The notes under the pieces: model-generated
The model's database searches: none
What the model was told of the DNA's origin: nothing
Seen by the model: only the letters and a program-made list of their open reading frames with translations
Translations under genes and position numbers: made by a program
Assembly (NCBI GenBank): GCA_963733095.1
Contig: CAVTBV010000009.1
Coordinates: 203,372-267,371 of the forward strand
Source: Candidatus Bathyarchaeota archaeon
GTDB taxonomy: Archaea; Thermoproteota; Bathyarchaeia; Bathyarchaeales; Bathycorpusculaceae
Reading direction: 5' to 3'
Length of the DNA stretch: 64,000 nt
Shown: one piece after another, positions 49,053 through 57,457 of the stretch
Position numbering within the stretch: position 1 is the stretch's first letter
Layout: every line of letters begins with the position of its first letter

Positions 49053-49484
49053 TTATTGTATGTATCCCAAGTTTTTGTTCTGGGTTTCGCTTATTTCCTT
49101 CATCGATTCGTAGTGGGCTTCGATTAGGATTTTGAGGGCTTCAATATTCTTTTTAATGTCCTCTACCTCGCCGCTCTTCTGCAAAACCCCCGACTTTATT
49201 AGCTGTTCATTTATCTTACTGACCGAAACCTCGATCACTTTAACTTTGAACGCAAAAATCTGCAGCGTATAGAGCAAGCTAAGCTGAGAATTCAAACGTT
49301 CTAAACGGTCTAACTCAAGAGTTTTTCCGATAAATGCTTTTAATTTTTGTTCCTGAGATGCTAGCGGTGAAACCAAAAGTCCCTCATAAACAGCTGTCTG
49401 TTTTGCAGTGGCTTCTTTTGTTTCATCCACAACTTTCTGAACCCGCTTAGCGGTTTTATCCAACATTTCTAAGACTTCATCCAT
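49053..49484 (-). CDS. Hypothetical coiled-coil protein
   Basis: 143 aa helical ORF. Confidence 0.7.
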   Translation of the reverse strand: MDEVLEMLDKTAKRVQKVVDETKEATAKQTAVYEGLLVSPLASQEQKLKAFIGKTLELDRLERLNSQLSLLYTLQIFAFKVKVIEVSVSKINEQLIKSGVLQKSGEVEDIKKNIEALKILIEAHYESMKEISETQNKNLGYIQ

Positions 49485-49641
49485 TCCGATGTTACCCCAA
49501 AGTATCAGTAAATTTAACTTTCATCAAACTGTATAACCCCATGTATATATAATTTAAACTCAGCAAATCAGTTTTTTAATAGTTAAGCTTTTAGGCAAAT
49601 CTACACATAATAACTAACCAGAATCAACTAAGAGGAATAAT

Positions 49642-49710
49642 ATGCCATCTCTAGCAAAAAAGAACGCTGCAAAAAAGAAGAAACACGAAGAAAAAACCGG
49701 AAAGAAGTAG
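49642..49710 (+). CDS. 22 aa Lys-rich peptide
   Basis: MPSLAKKNAAKKKKHEEKTGKK*, GAGGA RBS, T-rich terminator immediately after. Confidence 0.6.
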   Translation: MPSLAKKNAAKKKKHEEKTGKK

Positions 49711-50417
49711 CTTTTCTTTTTTGAACGCTACTTAACCGAAAAACTACTCATACCTTTTCTCTTTATTACAAACCAGAATAGCAGTCCTGTTTTTTCCCTT
49801 TCACTCCAGAACTCTTACACAACTATATTTTTCATCACACGGTTTTACAAAGATACCGAGAAATGGCGGATACAAAAGGTTTACTTGCCAGTTAAGTTGA
49901 GGTTTAATTTTCTTAACTGGCACCTGTAGTGGTCCGAGTTTATATACTATTGTATACTGTTTGATATACAATTGGCGATGTCCAAAAAACCTAAAACGGA
50001 TTAACCAACTTCAGAATAATTACGTAATGGATGTCGGTAGAGTCCCAGTAAACCCAGTGGCAATTTCTTCTTTTTATTTTTGTGCAGCAAGGAGGAGTGT
50101 TAAATTGAATTATGCTGCGTGGCGAAGCGGTTTTTTCGAACTTTATTTCTGCCTGATTTGGGATTAAATTGGGGTATTCTTGGGCTTAATGTTGAAAAAT
50201 CATTTAATAAGCGTTTGAACAACGTTGTTTTGAGCAACGAAGCCAAAGAGATGAACTGAGAACTATTCGGTCGATGCGACAAGCTTAAGGTTTTTTGCAT
50301 TTTTCTCCTAAGCTTGTTTAGGAAGCCTCAGTCTCTCTTTCTTCATTGCGATTTTCTCTAACAGTAAGAAATTAAAGCACTACCAGCCTATCTGCCCTAT
50401 TACAGGATGAACACCGC

Positions 50418-51260
50418 TTGGTAGCCTTCGTAACTAAAGCAGACGGCACAAAACAGCCATTTGACAGAGAAAAGATAGTTCAAACTTGCCAAAGAATGGG
50501 CGCAAACCGCGACGTTGCCATTCAAGTAGCCCAAGAAGTAGAAAAAAATCTCTACTCCGACATAACCACAAAGAAGATCCTTCAAATAATCTTTACCCAG
50601 ATGAGCAAACACAAACCCGCTGTAAAACACCTCTTCGACCTCAAATACGGTATAAGCCTAATGGAGCCAAAACCCGAATTCGAAGCCTTTGTCCGAGTTG
50701 TCTTAGCTCACGGTGGCTTCATAGTTAAGCCCAACATGATTCTTAAGGGAATGTGCGGGGAACATGAAGTGGATGCTATAGCTACCAAAGAAGGCTTAAC
50801 TTATCTTGTGGAAGCAAAACATCACCTAAGCTACCATTCACTGACTGGACTTGATGAAACTCGCATAGCTCGAGCAATCATAGAAGACGTCACAGAAAGT
50901 TACACAAATGGCGAAACAAAAATCAAGATTGACCGCGCAATGATAGTTACAAACACCCGTTACTCAGACCATGCAGTAATGTATGGGGGTTGCCGCGGCA
51001 TTTTGCAGGTCGGATGGGCTTCTCCTAAAGGTTTCGGGTTAAAAGATCTTGTTGAGAAACACAGGTTGTATCCCTTGAGTTGCTTGCGTGGAGTTAGCAC
51101 AGAAACACGACTGCGCCTTGTTGAGGAGGGAATAGTACTCATAAAACAGCTACTCGAACAAGACAGTCACTACATTGAAAGAAAAATTGGGCTGCCCCAA
51201 CGAACCGTCTTGTCCATAATGGAAAAAGCCCGACACACAACAGAAACACTATGGCTTTAG
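50418..51260 (+). CDS. ATP-cone + PD-(D/E)xK (Mrr-like) nuclease domain protein
   Basis: VTKADGTKQPFDREKI; FEAFV...EHEVDAIA...VEAKHH; IVTNTRYS. Confidence 0.85.
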   Translation: MVAFVTKADGTKQPFDREKIVQTCQRMGANRDVAIQVAQEVEKNLYSDITTKKILQIIFTQMSKHKPAVKHLFDLKYGISLMEPKPEFEAFVRVVLAHGGFIVKPNMILKGMCGEHEVDAIATKEGLTYLVEAKHHLSYHSLTGLDETRIARAIIEDVTESYTNGETKIKIDRAMIVTNTRYSDHAVMYGGCRGILQVGWASPKGFGLKDLVEKHRLYPLSCLRGVSTETRLRLVEEGIVLIKQLLEQDSHYIERKIGLPQRTVLSIMEKARHTTETLWL

Positions 51261-51283
51261 TCAAAACTAACCGAATTCGAGTC

Positions 51284-51336
51284 AGTCAAACTTTCTTGAC
51301 TAACCTCCTTTTCAGCTTAGTCAAAGTTTCTTGACG
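51284..51336. promoter_or_regulatory. Pair of palindromic operator-like sites AGTCAA-N6-TTGAC
   Basis: 51284-51301 and 51319-51336, upstream of the CDS at 51381. Confidence 0.5.
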
Positions 51337-51380
51337 AAAAACGTCTTAAGGAGAAAGCATCAAGGCTCTATCGATGTGAA

Positions 51381-52055
51381 ATGAAAGCATTTACCGCCCT
51401 GATTTTGGTAGGCCTGATACTTTCTGTCTTAACTACATCGTCGCTGACTTATGCTAATGCTGGGTATTCTGTGGGTGTTAAAGAGGGCGATTGGATGGAA
51501 TACGACGTCAACGTCAAGGACACTCCCCCGCCAATACATAATGTTACATGGATGAGACTTGAAGTCCTTCAGGTTGAAGGAGCAGCGTTCCCAGCGAACC
51601 TAACTGTAAGGTTTCAAAACGGGACATTCTACAGTTCCATCTGGCAGTTTAACTTCACAGAAGGCAACCTTGAAGGCTGGATAATAATACCCTCAAACCT
51701 CAGTCCAGGAGACACATTCTATGATAACTATTCCAAAACGGACAAAAACATAGCAATACAAAGTCAAACCCAAAAAACGGTGTTAGCGGCAAGCCGAATA
51801 GTAACTTACGGAAGTGATTCCTACAGAACCAAGGAATGGGACAAAACAACGGGCGTCATTGTGCATTCTTCAGAGATTCTGAAGAACTGGAGTGTTAACG
51901 TCGATATGATTGCCACTAACCTGTGGGGTCCTCAGACTCTGGGACTAAGTAAAACGGCATTCTACACTATTGTTGGGGTAGGTGTCGGAATAGCAGTGTC
52001 GATAGGGTCTTCAGCAATTTTTGTTGTAAAAAGAAAGAGGCGGAAACTTGTATGA
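51381..52055 (+). CDS. Exported protein with C-terminal TM anchor
   Basis: Signal peptide, VGVKEGDWMEY, NLSPGD, WDKTTG, TM followed by KRKRR. Confidence 0.8.
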   Translation: MKAFTALILVGLILSVLTTSSLTYANAGYSVGVKEGDWMEYDVNVKDTPPPIHNVTWMRLEVLQVEGAAFPANLTVRFQNGTFYSSIWQFNFTEGNLEGWIIIPSNLSPGDTFYDNYSKTDKNIAIQSQTQKTVLAASRIVTYGSDSYRTKEWDKTTGVIVHSSEILKNWSVNVDMIATNLWGPQTLGLSKTAFYTIVGVGVGIAVSIGSSAIFVVKRKRRKLV

Positions 52056-52465
52056 GTGTAGCAGAAATTAACCTGATCGTGCAAACCTTTTGGACAACTT
52101 TGATTTTGGTAAGTATGTGGTTTAGAAACAAAGGCAACTATCTCATACATGGTATACTAATGGCGATAGTAGTCGTTGCAACGTTGGTTAGTTTTTCTTT
52201 TGTGCTGCTCATGACTCCTCCCAGCGGTAGTTCCATGCAAGTATATTTCGGTTCGCCTCTAAAAATGGCGGAATTCGTTTCGCATGCCATTCTTTCGATT
52301 CCAGCAATATTCTTTGGAGTTTGGCTTGTAGCACTTTGGCGTCCCAACTCAATAACATTTCCAGCAAAGAGCAAAAGGATAGCCCAAATTACCGCAACCC
52401 TGTGGGTTCTATCATATGTAGCGGGCGTTCTGGGTTTTCTAGCAGACTACGTTCTATTTAGATAA
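52052..52465 (+). CDS. Four-TM membrane protein (DUF420-like)
   Basis: HGILM and HAIL histidines in TM helices. Confidence 0.7.
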   Translation: MSVAEINLIVQTFWTTLILVSMWFRNKGNYLIHGILMAIVVVATLVSFSFVLLMTPPSGSSMQVYFGSPLKMAEFVSHAILSIPAIFFGVWLVALWRPNSITFPAKSKRIAQITATLWVLSYVAGVLGFLADYVLFR

Positions 52466-52477
52466 GCAAAGTCTGGA

Positions 52478-52528
52478 GAGCGATTACATCGAACTCTGTT
52501 GAGCCAATTTAAGTGACTTTGCAAATTC
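52478..52528 (-). repeat. Degenerate att-like site (non-tRNA right arm type)
   Basis: GAGCGATTACATCGAACTCT resembles GAGCAGTCGTTACATCGAACCCT at 62098. Confidence 0.5.
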
Positions 52529-52658
52529 GATAATGTCTATGCAGTTTTCTTTTTTGCATAGAAATTTAGTCAAACGTTAAATAACAAAACTGAGCTGACT
52601 TGGAGGAGATCTGAAATTGTAGCTTGAGTGCTGTGAGGCATTCATATCATGCGGCGAT

Positions 52659-52994
52659 TTAAGGATCTATCAGTTGCAGTTCAGATATTCTTTTCTCTAC
52701 CGTTTCGGCCAACTGTTGACTTAACTGTTCATCAGGCGTTGTCTTGTCTATCTTTTCTATTCTTCGGGCGAGCTCATCATCGCCGATTGCGCCTCTTAGC
52801 CACTTTTGGAAGTCTCCGCGTTCAAAGTGGAACCTGATTGATTGACTATCCATGCGTTCTAGGTCTTTTAAGAAAGTGCAAAGAGAAGTGGCTGTTTCAC
52901 CTGAATAATGTCCGTCTGGCATGAAGAAGTGGAAGCCTTTCTCGTAAGGAACTGGGCTGAGTATTTTCTGTACGGTTTCGGCGCTCATTTTCAA
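52659..52994 (-). CDS. DUF5752-like protein
   Basis: KGFHF...ATSL...SIRFHFERGDFQKW...IGDDELA pattern. Confidence 0.75.
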   Translation of the reverse strand: MKMSAETVQKILSPVPYEKGFHFFMPDGHYSGETATSLCTFLKDLERMDSQSIRFHFERGDFQKWLRGAIGDDELARRIEKIDKTTPDEQLSQQLAETVEKRISELQLIDP

Positions 52995-53053
52995 GATGGC
53001 AACATCCTTGATGTATATTTGGATGAGATGTTAAAACGGTTTTGGCGTTGTTT

Positions 53054-53154
53054 TTCCAAAATTTGGGCTCATGTCGGGAAAGTGGTCTTTCGCAATTAAT
53101 TTATCGTCAGAACATATAAAATAGCAATCTATGCGTCCGATTCTTGGAAGTCTT
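53054..53154 (+). repeat. Degenerate copy D of the AGGCCT-bounded repeat
   Basis: TTCCAAAATTTGGGCTCATG...TTATCGTCAGAACATATAAAA. Confidence 0.55.
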
Positions 53155-53530
53155 AGAGTTTTTTCCGCGCTAAAACAAAGACATGTATGTTCATTAAAGC
53201 GAAACCGAACATCCAAAATTCAATCGCATAGAGCATAGAATGGAAATAGGCAGGGACACATCCTGAGCTAAGAAATATCAGAGCAAGAATGCCTAAGATT
53301 TTTTCGTTGATACGCAAGTTGCTTCAGTATTCTTCTGCTGTTTCTTCGAAAATAAGGCTTATGAATTGAGAATATTGATACTAAATAGACTAGTTGCATT
53401 GATTTGTGTAGAGCTTCTGCTTTAATGCATTAAGAAGCGCAAAGTCTTCAAAGTTTGTCAGTTCTATCGGACTTTGTTACGTGTTAGTTCGATTGCAAAA
53501 CGACGTAGAATTAGTGAAAAAGATGTTGGA

Positions 53531-53592
53531 GTGGACTGGGGGTATTTGAACTCCTCGTAAAGTGGAGATATGACCCGCGATCCCCCTTTTTT
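53531..53592 (-). repeat. tRNA-T-arm att-like site (Ala-type)
   Basis: Plus strand GTGGACTGGGGGTATTTGAACTCCTCGTAAAGTGGAGATATGACCCGCGATCCCCCTTTTTT. Confidence 0.88.
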
Positions 53593-53657
53593 CTTGTTAC
53601 GCCATATTTTTAGGCTAATTTGTTTCATTATCCAGTTTTTGTGCATAACCGGTTTAC

Positions 53658-55088
53658 TTAATCTGTTGGCTTCTTATTGAGCAAATACTTATGGATAGCC
53701 TGCGCGGCCCTCTTTCCTGAACCCATAGCGTTGATGACTGTGGCTTCCCCTGTCATGATATCTCCACCCGTGAAAACACCGGGTAGTTTGGTTTCTCCAG
53801 TTTCTGGGTCGGCGACAATAGTGCCTTGTTTTGTTGTTTGGAGACCTTTGGTGACAGTCTGAATTACTGGATTGGGAGTTCGTCCAATGGCCACGATGAC
53901 TGTATCTGCTTTAGTGATATTTTCTGAGCCTTTGATTGGGACTGGTCTTCGCCTGCCTGAAGCATCTGGTTCTCCGAGTTCCATATTTACCAGTTCAATA
54001 GCGGCTACCCTGCCTTGCTCGTCGCCTATAAATCTGGTTGGAGTGGAAAGGAACTTGAAGTTAATGCCTTCTTCTTCGGCGTTAAGTAACTCTTCTTGCC
54101 TGGCAGGTATCTCTTCTTTTGATCTTCGATAGATTATGTTCACTTCATCTGCACCGCTTCTTATGGCACAGCGCGCTGCGTCCATCGCTACGTTTCCCCC
54201 GCCGATGACTGCCACTTTTTTTCCTACTTTAATGGGTGTATCATAAAGTGGAAATTGGTATGCTTTCATGAGGTTTACTCGTATTAGAAACTCGTTAGCT
54301 GAGTAGATGCCTGCCAAGTTTTCGCCAGGAATATTTAGAAAGAGTGGTAGCCCCGCACCGGATCCAATGAAGACTGCTTCGAATCCTTTTTTGAATAGTT
54401 CTTCAATCGTAAATGTTCTCCCCGCCAGGATGTCCGTGTGAAGTTCAACGCCTAATTTTTTAATGTAATCAACTTCTGCCTGGACAATTCTTTTCGGCAA
54501 CCTGAACTCAGGGATGCCGTAGATTAGAACACCGCCAGCATTGTGAAGTGCCTCGAAAACTACCACTTTGTGACCCAGTTTTGCTAGTTCAGCTGCCACT
54601 GTCAAGCCAGCTGGTCCTGAACCTATGACTGCAACTTTTCCTTCTAATGGTTTTGGTAAGGCAGGCATTTCCACGCCTCTTTCCAATTCGAAGTCAGCGA
54701 CGAACCTTTCAAGCCTACCGATCGAAACAGCTTGGTCTTTTTTTCTCAATATACAGAATTTTTGACATTGCTCTTCTTGGGGACAGACCCTACCACATAT
54801 GGCTGGAAGAGTATTTTTCTCTTTAATCTTTTGGCTGCCTTCGTTAAACTTTTTTTCTTTAATGAGCTTGATAAAGGCTGGAATGTCTACGCCTACAGGA
54901 CAGCCTTTTACGCATTGCGGTTTTGGACAACTAAGGCATCTATTTGCTTCCCGCGATGCTTCTGCTTCTGAATATCCAATTGCGACTTCGTCGAAGCTCT
55001 GTATTCGGGTTTTTGGAGGTTGTTTGCGCATTGGAACAGCGTTTTTGTTGGGTTGAGCTGGTGTTTTGTCTTTCAAGTTTTCTTGCAT
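53658..55088 (-). CDS. NfnB/SudA (NADPH-dependent glutamate synthase beta-like) large subunit
   Basis: RCLSC...CVKGCP, CGRVCPQEEQC, GSGPAGL, YGIPEFRLPK and GGGNVAMD motifs. Confidence 0.93.
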   Translation of the reverse strand: MQENLKDKTPAQPNKNAVPMRKQPPKTRIQSFDEVAIGYSEAEASREANRCLSCPKPQCVKGCPVGVDIPAFIKLIKEKKFNEGSQKIKEKNTLPAICGRVCPQEEQCQKFCILRKKDQAVSIGRLERFVADFELERGVEMPALPKPLEGKVAVIGSGPAGLTVAAELAKLGHKVVVFEALHNAGGVLIYGIPEFRLPKRIVQAEVDYIKKLGVELHTDILAGRTFTIEELFKKGFEAVFIGSGAGLPLFLNIPGENLAGIYSANEFLIRVNLMKAYQFPLYDTPIKVGKKVAVIGGGNVAMDAARCAIRSGADEVNIIYRRSKEEIPARQEELLNAEEEGINFKFLSTPTRFIGDEQGRVAAIELVNMELGEPDASGRRRPVPIKGSENITKADTVIVAIGRTPNPVIQTVTKGLQTTKQGTIVADPETGETKLPGVFTGGDIMTGEATVINAMGSGKRAAQAIHKYLLNKKPTD

Positions 55089-56032
55089 TCACAAGTAGCT
55101 CCTTCACCTTTTTCACGGAAGGCTAAAGCTGAATGCTCCTCCTCGGGATATTCCCTTAATCGACCCATTAGTTCTTTGAAGTCCGTTTTGTGTGCATCAA
55201 ACTCGGGTCCGTCAATGCAGGCAAACTTGGTTTTACCACCAACGGTTACTCTACATGAGCCGCACATGCCCATCCCATCAACCATTATTGGGTTTAAGCT
55301 GACTATTGTTTTAATGCCGTAAGGTCGTGTGACCTCTGCTGTTGCCCTCATCATAGGCACTGGACCTATAGCGTATACTATGCCAAACGAGTAGTTCCTC
55401 TCAATAAGTGATCTTAGAACATCAGTAACAAACCCTTTCTGTCCTTTTGACCCATCATCTGTTGAGATGTAGAATTTATCAGAAACTGCTTTCATTTCAT
55501 CCTCAAGAATTAGAAGTTCTTTGTTCCTTGCTCCGAGAATAGAAACAACTTTGTTTCCTGCAGCTTTAAGGGCCTTTGCAATAGGGTGAGCCGCAGCAGT
55601 GCCTACTCCTCCGCAAACGACCGCGACCACACCATAATTCTGTATGCAGCTGGGATTCCCTAATGGACCAGCAACGTTCAAGATTTCATCTCCGACGTTT
55701 AGAGCAGCTAGCTTTTTGGTTGATACCCCCAGGTGTTGGAAAATCAAAGTAATCGTTCCAGAACTGCCTTGTGCACTTTTCCATTGGAAGAGTGTAAGAG
55801 GGATTCTTTCTCCTTCTTCATCTATCCTAAGTATTACAAACTGGCCTGCTTGGGCTTTCTCAGCTATTTCTGGCGCAACTAACGTAATTTCTGTAACTTG
55901 GGGATTAAGGGTGCGTTTGCGTATTATGGGATGTCCTTTCCTGTCCAGTGGAAATGAATTCCTTGATTCAATATTTTGAATCGTAGGCGTGTCTTCAACC
56001 TTCTATTCTTTTATCTTTTTGTTTTTGAGCAT
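55073..56032 (-). CDS. NfnA/SudB FAD/2Fe-2S subunit; start ambiguous (in-frame TAG at 56003-56005)
   Basis: AQAGQFVILRIDEEGERIPLT lies in frame upstream of the called ORF; GPLG, TDDGS, MVDGMGMCGSCRV and CIDGPEFD motifs. Confidence 0.85.
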
Positions 56033-56093
56033 TTATGTTTCGCTCTAAGAAAGGATGTGGGGAAATAATTTTTTGTGTAATCTTTAATTTGAA

Positions 56094-56321
56094 TCAGGTG
56101 TGGACTGCTACTTCGGTTCGAATTACAGCATTGATTTGGCTAACAGCCTCGCGGATGCGCCTTAAATCATCAAGGTCTTTTGCTTCTGCATAGAGTATTA
56201 CGTCATATGATCCCATTACTGAATGGGTAATTTTGACGCCTTCAATTTTTTGGGTTTCTTGTACAGTGAGAAAAGCCTGTCCTTTCTTGGTTCGAATAAG
56301 CATATAAAAAGGAACGACCAC
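56094..56321 (-). CDS. Lrp/AsnC ligand-binding domain protein
   Basis: HSVMGSYDVILYAEA pattern. Confidence 0.85.
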   Translation of the reverse strand: MVVPFYMLIRTKKGQAFLTVQETQKIEGVKITHSVMGSYDVILYAEAKDLDDLRRIREAVSQINAVIRTEVAVHT

Positions 56322-56576
56322 TGATTTTCTCCTCAGAAATAATTATAAATAAACTAAAATGTAAAGTTTGTTGTTTGCACCCCGCAAGTAGCTGAGGAAA
56401 AAGCGAGAAATCTCAGTGTTGTGGAACTAATAGAATTCCCATTTTCTCTATTCTTATCTACATAAACCACCTAAGACTTTCTGAATTTAGAAGTATATTA
56501 TAATCATAGTAAAAAGCACCATTTCTACTGCGACTTCACCAGCAAAACCCCTTCTTTTTCTAATTAAAAAAACTCT

Positions 56577-56663
56577 GAACAAGAGGCTTGCCACCTTATA
56601 GAATCCGGTTTTGAGTTTGTTTGTGATTTTGGTGATAACCGGCTCTTTAGAAAGCGGAAATAA
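56577..56663 (+). pseudogene. Putative integrase C-terminal stub
   Basis: EQEACHLIESGFEFVCDFGDNRLFRKRK*, ending about 45 bp before an att-like site. Confidence 0.65.
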
Positions 56664-56707
56664 AGGTGTTTTCATAAGGACCGGGGTGTATCAAAAAGTA
56701 TGTTTAA

Positions 56708-56770
56708 GTGGACTGGGAGGATTTGAATCCCTCGTAAAGTGGAGATGTCACTAGCAGAATTCCTTTATTT
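56708..56770 (-). repeat. tRNA-T-arm att-like site (Ala-type)
   Basis: GTGGACTGGGAGGATTTGAATCCCTCGTAAAGTGGAGATGTCACTAGCAGAATTCCTTT; closely similar to 53531. Confidence 0.88.
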
Positions 56771-56775
56771 TCTCT

Positions 56776-56945
56776 TTGTGTGGGTGTGGGACCTAAAAAC
56801 TGCACACTACACTGGAAGCTTTGGGAATGGTTCCTTTTTCAGTTTGGGTCGTTTTCCTATTGTTGTTTGAGTGTGGGAAGAGGGTTTAGCCCACACATTC
56901 AACATGGATGCTATGTTGGAGTGTGTGGGTGTGAGTGTGGTTGTA
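56776..56945 (+). repeat. GTGTG/CACAC-rich non-coding element, copy 2
   Basis: TTGTGTGGGTGTGGGACCTAAA...ACACTACACTG...AGTGTGGGAAGAG...CCCACACA.TCAACAT...GTGTGG..GTGAGTGT. Confidence 0.8.
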
Positions 56946-57206
56946 TGTTGGCGACTCTATTCCTGTATCCTGTGCCTGTTTTTCTTTCTGACCTAAACTA
57001 CGGTTTTGTAAGTTCATTTAGCGATCAAACAATCGGGGGATCAAACTGTGACTAATCGCAGAAAGATGAACTGTCCACTTGGAGGCGAAGCATAAAGCGA
57101 TAGTCGAAAGTAATGCAAATGTCGAGCAGATTGCCTCTAAACTTCAGAAGACGCCTTTGAGTTGTGATAGTGAAATGTCAACGCTTAGGCTTGTAGTAAT
57201 AGCGAT

Positions 57207-57272
57207 GGGTCGGCGGGGCTGGGATTCGACCCCTCTACCAATGGAGATATCACCCGCATTCTCACTTTTTTT
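57207..57272 (-). repeat. tRNA-T-arm att-like site (CCCCGCCG end)
   Basis: CGGCGGGGCTGGGATTCGACCCCTCTACCAATGGAGATATCACCCGCATTCTCACTTTTTT. Confidence 0.85.
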
Positions 57273-57457
57273 CAAGGTTTTTTTCCGCTGTCTTTTCCGC
57301 TAATCGTTTACGGAAATTACTTAGCTGGCAAGAGGCTTCTTTTTTTCGCAAAAAGCTTGCATTATTTTTTAGAATGTTGACTATTCTGCATTTGTTTGTT
57401 TTATTTGTCACATGTTTTTGTTGGTTTATAGCAAGTTTTAAGTTAACTTCGTTATAG

